Source: Tubulanus polymorphus
Taxonomy: Eukaryota; Animalia; Nemertea
Assembly (NCBI RefSeq): GCF_964204645.1
Contig: NC_134027.1
Location: forward strand, 11,192,485 to 11,256,484
DNA: 64,000 bases
Direction: 5' to 3'
The notes beneath the pieces were generated by a model. It had not been told where the DNA came from. It worked only from the letters and a program-made list of their open reading frames with translations, and did no database searches. The first letter of the stretch is position 1. Every line of letters begins with the position of its first letter. Positions 13,001 through 24,674 of this stretch are shown piece by piece. Made by a program: the position numbers and the translations under genes.

Positions 13001-15740
13001 TAATTTCTGTTGTAACTTTAGTATTCTGAAGATGACTACATGAGGATGTAATCGAAACGCTGAAATAAACTAATAGCTCAAGGAAACATTTGCAGGCTTT
13101 ATGTTATTTTTCGTTATTATTGTAGGATTCACTCTATATTATTGTCACAACAGGGATATTACTATAACCAGTGTCTTACTAGTGGTGAGGGATTTACTGT
13201 ACATTGAGAATTTGATGAAATGTCATGTTATGCAATCAACGTTAATGGGTTGTTATATAAGTTAGTAATTAGTCGATAATTGTCATATGATATGAAACAT
13301 AATGATTAACCATACTGATTATTTGTTTATTTATAGATAGCTCAGTTGTCGGCAGAATTTACGAATCATGTCACCAATGTCGTGTACGAATTAGTGTTAA
13401 TTGCCAAACAAGCGAATTGGGATCAGATACCGGGAAATTTCTTCACCGTTGGCTGGTTAGTGAAGAATATGACCGATACTGGCGCGATGGTAAGAATCTT
13501 AAGAATATCAAAGATGTAGTAAGATCCTATCGAATCCGAAATCCCTTTAGAAATATTCTAAACTGAGTATTCTCGAACAAGCAAACTTCTTATATTTCAT
13601 CTCGCGTTGAAAGGAAACATTCTTATTCAATTTCAACTTTTCACTTTATTTTCGTGCTATGAACTGTTGTTCATCTTGAGCCTCGAATAGCTGCTCAGAG
13701 CGCTTTACATTTTTTTGGCATTATTACCCCAGCCATTTGATACTCTAACATGTATCAGTCATCTCTCCCTGGGGAGGTAACACCGAGTGGCTAACAAGTG
13801 CTCAGGAGTCATCTATCAGGCCAGGTACCTATTTACTCCCGGGTTGAGAGAGGCGATGAGGATAAGTGTCTTGCCCAGTGACACTACGGTAATGTACGGG
13901 GTTCGAACCTATGACCTAGATTCCCAGTGTCGAACGCTCTAACCACTCGGCCACACCGCTCCACAAGTCATGTGCCACGGATCAAATATTAAAATTTCTT
14001 TTATACCGATTCAAGTGATGACAACTCCATGAATTTCCATCGGTCCTGCAATATCCGAGACAAGCAGAGTCTAATACAGACTCTAATATATGTACATAAT
14101 AATATAATATGTGTAATGACATATAATATATCTGTAATGATATATCTATATTAATAATATATCTATAAAGACTTTTTGTTTGTCTTGAAACAAACCCTCT
14201 TTTCTAACTCCTGATTGCGGTAATACAATCTGATTATTTATCTATCATTTTGTAGAATGAGTTCTTGAAGCCGATGCTATCACAGGCTATAAAACTGCTG
14301 TCTCCATCTCAGGACATCGAACTGAAACCGTTCGATGCCGTTCTTGTTTACCACCAGTTCTTTATTCTGCAGACGTTTATCGAATACCGTCCACAAGTTA
14401 TGCACTTCATTAAACAAAACTTCTTCGAAGAGTTCAAGTAAGTGCGAACGGCTACCTCGACGCGGTGTTAAGTGGTGAATAGATTACAAATAGGCGTAAA
14501 TCAATTTTTAGCCCTTTCAGTGCGTCTACACCACTACGCTAGTACACTGCACCGCAGTGTATTGATGTTATAAGTAATCATTAATGAAAAGATGGCAGCC
14601 CCTGTCAAACACAGTTACGTATTAGTACCTAACGATACACCGTGATGCGGTGTAAAGGCATAATAGCAAAGATTTTCAAATTATCTCAGTCCTTTTGGGT
14701 ATTAATTAGTCAGTACTGAAATGGTTTAAGTAATTAAATCATATCTGATTATCTCTGAAATACAGTGGAACTCTGCCATAATGAACTTACATATAGCAAA
14801 TTATCTTGTATAGAAAAGATTTTGAGCTGGATGCAAACTTTCAAAAATTTCTTTGCTGAATATGATTACGGTATGTTATAGACCATTCCATAAAAGGAAT
14901 AGGTAAGGCATCTTCAAATTGCCTACACTGTTGATTGAATCTATATTTTGGAGGAAATTATTTTTCATGGAAGTATCTATGGCTACCAAGACAAAATTGC
15001 GGCTTAGAATTTAGGGTTTAGGGCTTGCCAGGGTTTGATTGCCTCCTACCAAAGCTCACGCCAACACAACCTCTGTCTGCCCGAGATTTCTTGAGTTGAC
15101 AGGTTGCCGCTCAGTGGCTACCAGTCTATGTATCTAGCCAATCAGAAGTGTTTTCACCGGCAGTTTCAATACTACGCATCTGACTGGCTAGCCATATAGA
15201 CAAGTGGCAGCTGGGCGGCAACCTATCCAACCAAGAAATCTTGGGCAATGTGATTGACCAATGAAGGGTCTGCTGCCAGGGTTTGTGTTGGCGCGAGCTT
15301 CAGTGGGAGGCAATCAAGCCCTGGCAAGTAAGGATAGACTTGGGGTAAAGATTAGGTTATGCCTTATACCAGGGTAGATTGGAGTAAGGCTATATAAGTA
15401 GCAAAAACGTTTAGGACTTGGCATTTGGCCTGCACTACGTGGCTACTACCAGTACTAAATTTTCGTGGTGTTATTTCTTAGTACAGCACCTCACCCTGAA
15501 GTTCATTGTTGCTTGGTTCCACCGTATATTTATAATTGTAGTGTTTTAGTATGCTGGAATTTCATGTTCATTTCAGATTTCCCGTTTCTTTTCAGATATT
15601 TTATTCAAGCCCCTGTGATACGCGCTAAATTGCCACCTAGTTATCCGATCGGCTCCTTAGCACTGCCATCCATCGAAAAAGTGATATCCAAGGTGCTGCA
15701 GAAGGAGATCAAACTCAAACGAAAAACTGCTGGCATATAA
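1010..15740 (+). CDS. C12orf56: C12orf56 / DUF4551-family protein, spliced gene (10 exons plus a probable microexon)
   Basis: Exon 1 reads MDRNGTESISKRNNSKFDTFLRRKLDNETFERIRYYEACVVCSEWEDKQFKYVVLGHEWLYLTENPPRSIRDAVHLKDIISIDL, which resembles the vertebrate C12orf56 N-terminus as I recall it (RNSRLDVFLRR...KYVVL...YLTENPP). Phase-consistent GT-AG exons: 1010-1261, 4577-5283, 6085-6259, 7295-7359, (8554-8580), 10969-11110, 11637-11746, 12326-12557, 13337-13489, 14256-14437, 15596-15740 (TAA). AATAAA near 15870. Confidence 0.85.
4210..4302. repeat. Degenerate short tandem repeat with CTCTGGCATT core
   Basis: About five (C/A)TGGCATT units within about 90 bp. Confidence 0.7.
5365..5494. mobile_element. 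Harbinger/PIF-like MITE with CAG target-site duplication
   Basis: TIRs GGGCCAGTTGCTCAAAAGTTGGTTA / TAACCGACTTTTGAGCAACTGGCCC, flanked by CAG at 5362-64 and 5495-97. Related copies at about 34851-35002 and 39487-39606, and a right end at 31015-31040. Confidence 0.8.
5495..5789. mobile_element. Non-autonomous DNA transposon, CAGGGTGGCCAC...GTGGCCACCCTG family
   Basis: Ends CAGGATGGCCAC / GTGGTAACCCTG with internal CAGGGAA/CCTGGAAAA repeats. Relatives at about 33470-33930, 44830-44953, 54170-54680 and 57270-57488. Confidence 0.7.
6380..6789. mobile_element. Non-autonomous DNA transposon, CAGGG(T)TCCTACA family
   Basis: TIRs CAGGGTTCCTACA / TGTAGGGACCCTG, flanked by TATGG / CATGG. Relative at 48416-48832 is flanked by AATTA on both sides; partial copy at about 46870-47281. 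Confidence 0.7.
7465..7968. mobile_element. Non-autonomous element with CAG(A/G)GCTGCCAAC termini
   Basis: CAGAGCTGCCAAC at 7465 and GTTGGCAGCCCTG ending at 7968. The same terminus type occurs at about 32092-32313 and 39954-40181, which are also similar to each other internally. Confidence 0.65.
8182..8448. mobile_element. Inverted-repeat element whose arms resemble tRNA heads (second copy at 18218-18526)
   Basis: Arms 8182-8265 and 8343-8448 are diverged reverse complements. The right arm contains GGTTCGATTCCC (B-box-like). Same design at 18218-18307 / 18441-18526. Confidence 0.7.
9830..9997. mobile_element. CAGGGGCGGATCC-terminus non-autonomous element
   Basis: CAGGGGCGGATCCAAG ... CTTAGATCCGCTCC. 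Relative at 19006-19258 with an internal ~85-bp duplication; a right end at about 27262-27277. Confidence 0.6.
12001..12248. mobile_element. MITE with AGGCCTAGCGCACGCA / TGCATGTGCTGGGCC termini
   Basis: Imperfect TIRs that extend into GAAATAAACAGGAAACAGA / TCTGTTTCTTTCTTGTTTT. Confidence 0.55.
12853..13141. mobile_element. Penelope-like (PLE) inverted terminal-repeat remnant carrying two hammerhead motifs
   Basis: Long inverted repeat with arms at about 12853-12987 and 13004-13141. Each arm contains CTGAAGAT-stem-GAAACG. Confidence 0.65.
12928..12971 (-). ncRNA. Minimal hammerhead ribozyme motif (PLE type)
   Basis: Minus strand reads TATTC CTGAAGA T GCCTATTAGGATCTAGTC GAAA CGTA GAATA: 5-bp stem I (TATTC/GAATA), core CUGANGA and GAAA, NUH site GUA, degenerate stem II. 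Confidence 0.55.
13691..13962 (-). mobile_element. tRNA-derived SINE with CORE-like middle and L2-like 3' tail
   Basis: Minus strand: A box TGGCCGAGTGG, B box GGTTCGAACCC, then CACTGGGCAAGACACTTATCCTC (similar to the MIR/CORE TGGGCAAGTTACTTAACCTC) and tail TGTAAAGCGCTCTGAGCAG. Fragments of the 3' half recur at about 54299-54571. Confidence 0.8.
14512..14724. mobile_element. Degenerate copy of the piggyBac-like MITE
   Basis: CCCTTTCAGTGC start and internal similarity to 22957-23238 and 55015-55266. Confidence 0.7.
15024..15328. mobile_element. Almost fully palindromic ~305-bp MITE
   Basis: CTTGCCAGGGTTTGATTGCCTCC ... GGAGGCAATCAAGCCCTGGCAAG, with arms pairing inward to TAGCCAATCAGA / TCTGACTGGCTA. 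The centre resembles 10592-10662. Confidence 0.8.
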
Positions 15741-16749
15741 TAATCATTGTTGTTATTATTGTAGTTGTCTCTATTCTGTATACATGTATGAAATTTTTTT
15801 GATATTATATATATTAATATGATAGGACACTCAAAAGCGTCTGTCGCACTGAAAACATGGAGATAATTCAATAAAAAAGGAAACGTTCGTTAAGGTACCC
15901 GTACATTTACGAACCGTAGCTTCAAGCAGAAAGTCGAGTGAATGATAATTGTTGGATGTTTTTCCACGATATTTCGTTATCTTACGATTTCGGTAAATTC
16001 TCTAATCCCATTTCCGAGAACGGAATTCGTTTTGATTTGTGTTTCTCTCTCTCAAGATGGGATATAGAAAAATAACCGAAAAACGATAAAGGGGATAAAT
16101 AGATAACGCGTCAGTTGGAGAAAAAACAGTAAATGAAGAATAGGATTGTTTGTGCTTACGAACTAAAATGTATATCGGACATCTCGCTAAAATCTTGCCT
16201 GCCTCTCTTAATAGTTGATAGTCGTTGAGCACATTGGTCATAGCTTATGCATAAACCTGTTGAATTTAATATGGAAGATATATGTAGTTATAGTGGCCTT
16301 ATAAACTGAGCTTGAACTAGACGAATGATGCACGTGATATCAATTTATTCATTATTACGTCGTCGTTCGTTTGTACATATATTACAAAGTTGAAACGATA
16401 ATCGGCATAATTCTTGATTTCCTACTGTGATGATCGTTAACGTTTACATGGCTTGAATATTTTATGATAATCTGAATTGATCTTAACAGGAATAAGAGTT
16501 GTATTTTTTCTTTATATGTTGCATCCATATGAAAGTGAAATACGGTAGACTCTGCTTAAGTTAAGTTAGATACAATTTGAATGATATTTCTTGAAATATT
16601 TTTCTGACGTCATATGTGAAGTGCGATATACTGCCCACATCAATTATTGAGGATTTTAGCCATATAGAGTGTATGGGGCGGTATATCAGGGGTTAATTTT
16701 GACTATTTCCAAGACAAAATACAGAGAGAACCTGGTGTTCAGCAGGAGC

Positions 16750-16915
16750 ATAGCTAGTCAACTGGTGGTCCGAACTGAAATAACCGAAGGCACAAACATT
16801 TCAGTGTCGGCCATCTTGGAATTAGGTCCGAACTACAGCGACCATGCTCAATCCCTTGGTCGATCTTTTCCATAGTTCTGACACTGACTGACATTCAGTT
16901 ACTTTTAGTTAAACT
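16750..16915. repeat. Dispersed repeat shared with 58741-58910
   Basis: Shared core CAGTGT(C/T)(G)GCCATCTTGGAA...CCGAACTACAG. The 58741 copy has ends ATAGTCGACTAAA / TTTAGTTTGACTAT. Confidence 0.6.
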
Positions 16916-19900
16916 GCTCTGAAGTTCGCACTTTATTGAGGGTTGACTGTATATAACCGTCAAACTCGGTAGGACAAATTTTCATGGTCTAATCGGACTT
17001 GGGAAGAGTCTACTTTACAATTGTGAGTAATTTGATAAGACATACTTATCTGAAATAGGATTGTTGTATCGGAGTAGGCTAATTTCTAGCTAATACCTGT
17101 AATCTAGATCTGTTTAATGCAGATGTATTCATCTAATCCTGACATCATTTAGTGCACTGCGTAGAAAATTATACTTAATCCAAATTCCTGCATTAACTGG
17201 ATTACGGTAATTCCTCCATCCCAAGTGATCTGGATTACTGCAACTGTTTTACTGTACATTCCTCATTGCCTATCACTACAAGTATGGTCACACTTGATGA
17301 TGTACGTAGTGTTCCAACATTTTGAAATCAGTTCACTTCGGGAGTCTCTTCGAGCTTTATATGTGATCTCAACATGCAACCATTACCTTCTCGAGATTAT
17401 GATTAATTGTGTATGAATTGCGGAAATGATGTATAATCTTAGCTGAATATATGAAACCGTCCAGTGAGTCTGCTTGCAAAAACACTGTTCACTCGATGAT
17501 TGTATATTTGTATTTTATTCCGTAATTTCTGATATACACTGTATTCCTCAATATACTGCTATCATAACTACCATACTTATTTGCTGAATGTTTTTATCCT
17601 GAAATGCTGAACATATCTGCTATGGTTTATTTAATTTTGCTTATTTCATTACCTGTCGTATCGAAGACCTTTAACCGCTCGCTGGCAGTGGACTCTAGTT
17701 ATGAAGAACTTCACCTTAATTTCACCCAGATATAATGACTTGCTCGTCCCTAGAAGTTCGTTGTAACAAAGTTCTTATCTGTATATAGGCCAAAATTTCA
17801 TACTTGGGGTCCAGTTGCACAAAGCAATAGTTACATGGTTGAGTTTCTCGGAAATCTGGAAGTTTTCATCAGTAACTAATCTGATTGTAATTTCCTTTCG
17901 TGAAACCAGCTTTGTTAAACTTCAATAGTTTGCACCATAAATGTAATTTGTTATCATTTGTAATGTAGTAATGTGTAAATGCTATTTCTGAAGTAGCTTT
18001 CTACGAGATTTATCATAGCTTTTGTCAGTAATTAGTTCTTGATAACATGACACATATGATTTGTATATGCTGGTCATAACGCGAAATGCTTTCACTTATA
18101 TTCCTCATCAAAAATAGTTAATCTGGGCATTTTACTGATAACTTTAGTCCGATGTTTATTACCCGGTATATAATTGTATTATCTTTACTTACGCAGGAAT
18201 CAATCTGCAGCTTAAATCACATTCTCCCCTAGCAGGGATTAGAACTTAATGGCATCACTAGACTCGGCTACGGCACAAAACCCTGCCACACTAGACCGGG
18301 TGTGCACCAATCAGATTGTTCATTGTATAATCGCTGAGACAAATTTCACGGATAAACTTTAAATGGAGAAACTTGAGTTTATAAAATAAAGCAGGATTCT
18401 AATAGGCTTATAATGACATCATCTAAGCCACAAATGTAGCTGTGCACTCGGGCTAGTGTGGCAGGGTTTCGTACCGTGGCGGGTCTGCAATGCCATCAGA
18501 TTCGAAACCTGCCCGGGGAAAGATGTTTAGATCCATCCACACAACTAACAGATGGACATAAGTAATTTAATCACAAAAAGTGATCTTCAAAACTCACAAC
18601 TTCAGTGTTTTTGATGTCTGAAGGCTGTAGAGTGATTGCTGCTTTGCTGGCTTTAAATCACTCGTTTGAATGCCTCGGCTTACTTTAAATCGATAGTTAC
18701 ATTCATATCATATCGAAAAATTAGTAATAATCATACTACCTTGTTTGTTCAAGCATGCTATATAGATGTGATATTCAATCGCTCATTGTTACTGTTTTCA
18801 GAGACGACTGTATCTTGATGTATTGTAGAGAGCACATGAAACGATATGTAATGCATTGGAGCACTTTATTTTCTTAAAATAAACTAATAAAAATCAGTTT
18901 CTCTATCCTACAACTGATCATGGAACTGTATGTACAGTACAGTAGTCTCTTCCTAATTAAAATCAATTGGGACCAGATTTTTGTTATATTTCTTGGATAT
19001 TCAAGCAGGGATGGATCCAGAGGCCCATTTTGAATGCCTTGTCAATTTCCAAAAGGGCTTTGATGTCCAAAAAGGCAATATTATGAGTACTCCCCTGCAC
19101 TAAGGGGCCAATTTTGAAGAACTAGTCACATATCAAAAAGGCACTTTGATGTCCAAAAAGGCAATATGTGTACTACTGAAATACATCAATTTTCTTGGTT
19201 CGCATGATAGGAAAAGGCAAATTTGAAAGACTTGTACAGTCTCCCTGGATCCTCCCTTTATGTAAGTGATATGCTATCTTGATGGTTCCAATTAGATTTG
19301 AGTTCAAGTGAAATTATAATTTGGCTCGAAAGGATTTGAATTAAGAAGATACATCAGCAATTATAGAAGATACAACAGCAGTTGCATCTACGAGAAGTTA
19401 CAAAGCGCTTACCTGTGCTAGTAGGATGAAAAATGTAACTGAACTCAAGTTAACTGAACTCAAGAGACTAAATAAATGTTTTACTTCAGTCAATTTTTGC
19501 TCGTGTTTTGTTTAAACGATACCTCTCAATGCGTACGGTATATGGCATCCACTTATCATCCTGGATCCAGTTTCCAAAGTATTTCGTAAAAATCATAGGT
19601 TTGGAAACAAAATAATTTACCTTAGTCTTAAAGAAACTCCGATTTATGTAGCAAACTTGGTCCTCGTCTGCTTTTACCCACTTAGTGTACCAGGTTTTTA
19701 TCATCCTCTATTAGGCCATCACACAATATTTCTCCACTTGGAGCACTACTGGAGAAATTTGATTCAATATCGACTGAAAACTTGTGTGGACTGGTAGCTT
19801 TGAATGAGGAGACTTATTTTACTGCAATCGGTATGTCGGTAAGAACGAACCCTTTTATGCACCTACAGTGTTGCAGAGTTTTCGTGGCATCTGAGAGCGA

Positions 19901-20540
19901 TTCGTTTAGATATTGAGTGATAACTTAGGATTTGGACTGTTGGTGGAATGAGACTTTTTGACTGCAATCAGCAATTTCAGTAAGCACCCTTTGACGTGTG
20001 CCTCTGCTTGCTAACACATCAGACAATATCCAGTAATTACACAAGCTCATTTAAATATGGTAGTCAATATCCACCATCCATATCCAGCATTCCAGCATCT
20101 AAGTTCTTTGTAGTAGATATTTCAAGAGTTGAATCCCAGTAGGCATTTAAGAAACAATACTAGAAGCACAACTACCATATATTCATAGATCCATTCATTT
20201 ATTTGCGATGAAATCTTGTATCCAAAAAGCAATATCTAAACAAACCGAATGAGAAAATTTGATTAATTTCATGATGAATTGAAGGAACAAATTTCCTGCC
20301 CTCTGCACTTGATCATACATAAGTAGGTTGACGCAATTGAAAATAGTAATCTAAACGGGATCCAAATCCACGTTTCTGAGTAAAATTGGACCCTTAAGTT
20401 AAAATACTGAAAATGAACTGATTTTGAGTCAACTCCAACTATCAACTGTGGTACCGGACTCTAAAATCAGCGCCTCTCAAAGGCCGTTTATAATTCCCTT
20501 AAAAACACCATCGAAAATGTTCGACAGCTATAGCATTGTG

Positions 20541-23500
20541 CTACGTTGATGAATTCTTTGTCAACAGTTTAGCTTTCAACAATGAAGTTTTAATATCCTT
20601 TTCCCATTGTTTTCGATACATCGTGTACAATCTCATGGTTGCTTGCGCATCGGTGACCTGTGAAAAAAATAAAATACTTGATGCAGGTACCAATTTGTAG
20701 CCTGGACTCAACCCCTTAGGTGTTTGGCATCAATTTTAAATCATTCGGCAGAATGTCTGGTAGACTGATATTTATCTCAGTATTTCAGATTTAATGGGCA
20801 AAACCCACAGTTGATGATATAACGATTCATTTTCTGACTGTTTCGAAGTTTTGATTAAAATTTATAATCAGAGAATTCAACAGAATCATGAACAAAAAAC
20901 TACAAATGAACTACAAACTACACAATCAAATAAGCAGATAAAATCATCATGTACGATGGTAAGCTTATTCATAAAAATTGCCTTGAATCTGAAATTTCCT
21001 AGTCCATTTTTGAGGAAGCAGTCCAAATTCCATGATTTTCCATGCAGGGAATATCGAAATCTTTGATCCAGTGGCACTGTTCTTAGTTAAGATTTCAGCC
21101 GAGAGTAAAAATATTGAAAACTAACTAATCTAATCCCTGGTTTTCTCCGAGCTGTGGGAACCCTGCAACTGCGGAAAATACAGAGATTGCATCGTCACTT
21201 ACCGAACTATGTTCTCCCCCTTGAACCTCGACTCCCAACAGTTTTTGAGAGAGAGTTTTAAGCGAAGGCGTTCGTCCGCCATTGAGTTTACTGAACGGTT
21301 TGTAGGTCGACGTATCGCGTATCATTTTTCTCGGATGATCATAATAAAGCACCTACACATGAAATAATAAACGTCATAGAAAAGAAATAGAAAATGTTAT
21401 TTCAATAAGTTGAAGCATGGTGATCATTTTTCTTGGTTAACCTGTTCACTACCATAAGTGACTGAAATTTCGGCCGCCAATTTTACCTATTGTCAATCAT
21501 TGTGACTGATATTTCAGTCGGCTGTATATGACCTGTAACTGAATGCAAGTACAGCACAGCACACTACCATAGGTGTTTATTGATTCTCAGAAGACTGTAT
21601 GCTTTCATTATAGTTCATTATACATGCATCATCAAAAATAAGCTAACGCCATCTGGTACAGGGCATGCACGATTATCTAGGAGTTAAGAAAGGGTTAAAG
21701 TACCTTGAAATCGTTATGTATAGCGTGTCCGACAACTATTCTGCCTTTTAGAAGGGAATGGACATTTTTCTGGACTGTTTGAAATGAAGGCGCTGTAATT
21801 GATAATAGATGCATAAAACATGTTATTAATGTACTAGATCAAACTACACAAATCGAAAACGATTTCTTCGAATTGCCACGACAGTTTACCATCTTTAAGA
21901 TCTTGCGCGCGAACTCCACTGACCCAGGTTCGGTAATCAGTAACGTTTTCGATAGATTTGACGAACGTGTCATAAATGCATTGTCCGTATTGATTGACTA
22001 TCGACACTCGTGCTAAGTTGCTTTCGCGACCTTTTTCACCGACTCCCACCATCTCGCAATCTATAGCTACTACTTTCGTTAACCTATCCAAAAGAGAATT
22101 ATTCACCTCATTTCAAAATTAGTTAAGTTTTGCTCGTATTAAAGTTTGATTTCTTGCTATTCTTGCTAACCTATCCAAAAAATTATAGGCCACATTTCAA
22201 GTTATGTCTGCATTGGAATTTGATTTTTTCTGACTGATTAATAAATATAAATCAACAAAATCCAAAATCATGATATGTCTAATGAAAATCCACAATTTCA
22301 ATTAGAATGTTTCCCCCGCTCTAATGTTTCAAACTGACCCAAAGGAACAAACACAGAGGGTGAAGATTAAGAAATGTCATAATACAATCGACTTCGTCAG
22401 TGTCTGCTAATTCGTCATTCTGGCTTAATTGTCATTTTTCTTCGAGAATGGATAAAAGCTTCGTTATTTCCTTAATGATTCTGTGCTTAATTCATCATTT
22501 TGCTTTAATCGACACTATTTTGCCGGTTCATTAGTAAAAAAGGTTCAAAGGATATATATGATCCTTTTTGGCCTACCCTTTATGTGAATTCTCCTTCACT
22601 AAACGATCTTTTGAAGAGCTGGCTTCTGGTACTTGTTTTGGCTTTATACTGTCTAGTAATATTTCATCGACATCATCAAACCAAATGTCTGGCTCACTGA
22701 AAAATTATTCATGTTAAAGATGATATTCACAGAAAGAGGCACAATTTCATTTCGGGAACTATTTATGTCGTTTGAGCAGATCTAATGCTGCCGGGTTGAG
22801 GAGCTGCTTACGGTAGCTCTCTAGTACGCAGCACGGTCTCAACATTTTTTCGCGATTAAAATCTATTTGTAATCTTTTTGAATTCAATGACAATAAATGA
22901 AGATTGAAATCTGTGCCACATTTGAACCTTAAAGATCGATCTGAACAATTCATTAACCCTTTCAGTGCTGGCTAATTAATACCCTATAGCGCTGAATTTG
23001 AAAATTCTGAAAAATTCCACCCTAGTGTGTTGAATAACGGGAATACCACTATAGTGTGTCTACACCGCGGCGCAGTGTATCGTTAGTTACTAATATTTCA
23101 CTATGTTTGACAGGTGCTGCATCTTTCAAGAGAGATAATTAGTAATTACTGATTAAATCAATACACCGCAGTGCGGTGTACTAGCAAAATCCATCACTGA
23201 TTCGTACACCGCACTGCGGTGTAGATGCACTGAAAGGGTTAAATAGATGTTTTATTTACCTAATTTTTCTAGGCCTATGTAAAAACTAAAAATCTAGATG
23301 TAAGTTTAATTATCTTGATCAGCTAAGCCTGACAATTCAGTACTGACATCTATTCCATGAAATGACTTCCATTATCCATAAATGCTATGAACCACTTGAC
23401 CTGTACTTATTCAATCATACTTAGGAATTATACCTTGATTCGACTGTTTTAGTATCAAATTTCGACTTCGAGACTTCCTTCTTGGATTTTGCTTTCTTCT

Positions 23501-24182
23501 TTTTGTCGCCAGTGCCCAAAGTCTGAAAAGGATTCATTTCAAATAGAAAGAATGGAAGAAATTGGCAACGATTTTGTTGTGAACCCGCAATTAACGCATC
23601 TAGGATGGAATCACCACATTAGACATTCACTTAAGATAGCAATAATCACTTTTCGAAATTTCGGCAATTAAAGCTTTGAAGATATAATCAAGTAGGAAAA
23701 ATTACGATTGATTATTCAGAAGGCCTATTTAGTGAGTTATTATCATTATCATTATTATCTGAAAGGGTTGGTTCAGGCGGCGGATTCAAAGCCGCACAAA
23801 CGGCTTACCATAGGCAAACAAACGGCTTACATACCTTGAGAAGTTTTTTCCAATTTGCCGACACTTCTTGGATGGATTTCGGAAGAGGATTACCCGAATT
23901 CGTCTTCTTTTTGGTGTTTTCAGCAGCTTTCAAATCGTCATCAACGGTCCTTTTTTCAACGGTCGTAGGAATGTCATTTTTCGGTATCACTTTTTTAACT
24001 TTCAATTTCTTGCGTATTTTAATTTTTTTGCCTACGAAAGTATTCGCTTTCAGAGATTTTTTGCTACTCCTGGCATCATTATTATCAGGACTTTTACTGC
24101 TTATCTCACTCCCTGAAAGTTTGAGTTTTTTGCTCACCGCTACCGGTAATTCAGTGTTTGGATGTTTACGTTTCTGTCCCAT
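20541..24182 (-). CDS. REXO4: RNA exonuclease 4 (DEDDh family), 7 coding exons
   Basis: Motifs [30 protein letters not shown]...[59 protein letters not shown]. Exons (minus): 24182-23835, 23522-23434, 22696-22577, 22083-21890, 21792-21704, 21352-21203, 20657-20541 (TAG). Probable non-coding first exon at about 26280-26183. Confidence 0.93.
22957..23238. mobile_element. piggyBac-like MITE with TTAA target-site duplication
   Basis: TTAA|CCCTTTCAGTGC ... GCACTGAAAGGG|TTAA; 282 bp. Confidence 0.88.
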
Positions 24183-24300
24183 TTTATTGATTATATCTGT
24201 AAGAAAGACACGTCATACCAGTAGAATTGAAATTAGGCTATATGCATAACAAAACCTCAGTACGGAGCACAAGTCAATAAACCAGGCTGGACTTTTATTC

Positions 24301-24527
24301 AGTTTAGTTTAGAAGATTTTTACATCCCAACTGCAATTAGTTACAGTGTAACCCAAGGGTCTTAATAGATGGCCAGGGCCTTTTTATAGGTTGTTATGGC
24401 TCACAACCTGACTAAGTTAGCAGAGCTTAGTCCATGTATGTGTCTCGACAGCCAACACCAGAGGTGGTTTCGAACTAGGGACCTCTCGGTTCTCAGTCCT
24501 CCACTCAACCAACTGAGCTAACTGCAC
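24301..24527 (-). mobile_element. tRNA-derived SINE (second family)
   Basis: Minus strand: A box TAGCTCAGTTGG, B box AGTTCGAAACC, 3' tail GTTGGGATGTAAAAATC followed by AAACT repeats. Confidence 0.7.
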
Positions 24528-24674
24528 AGGACTGCATAGACCAGATATTTTTCATTTTCATGAACTACAATCTTTTATATCAATAAACCATGGTTAGAGA
24601 CCTAATCATTGGTGGTGAGCTTCATTAATCCACAGGGGCTCGACTTAGGGTCTAACTGCAGTTTGGCTAGTGTA

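Noticed and set aside
13890-13962. Possible tRNA genes here and at 24455-24527
   Set aside because: A and B boxes are present but there is no proper acceptor stem, and both continue into SINE bodies and tails.
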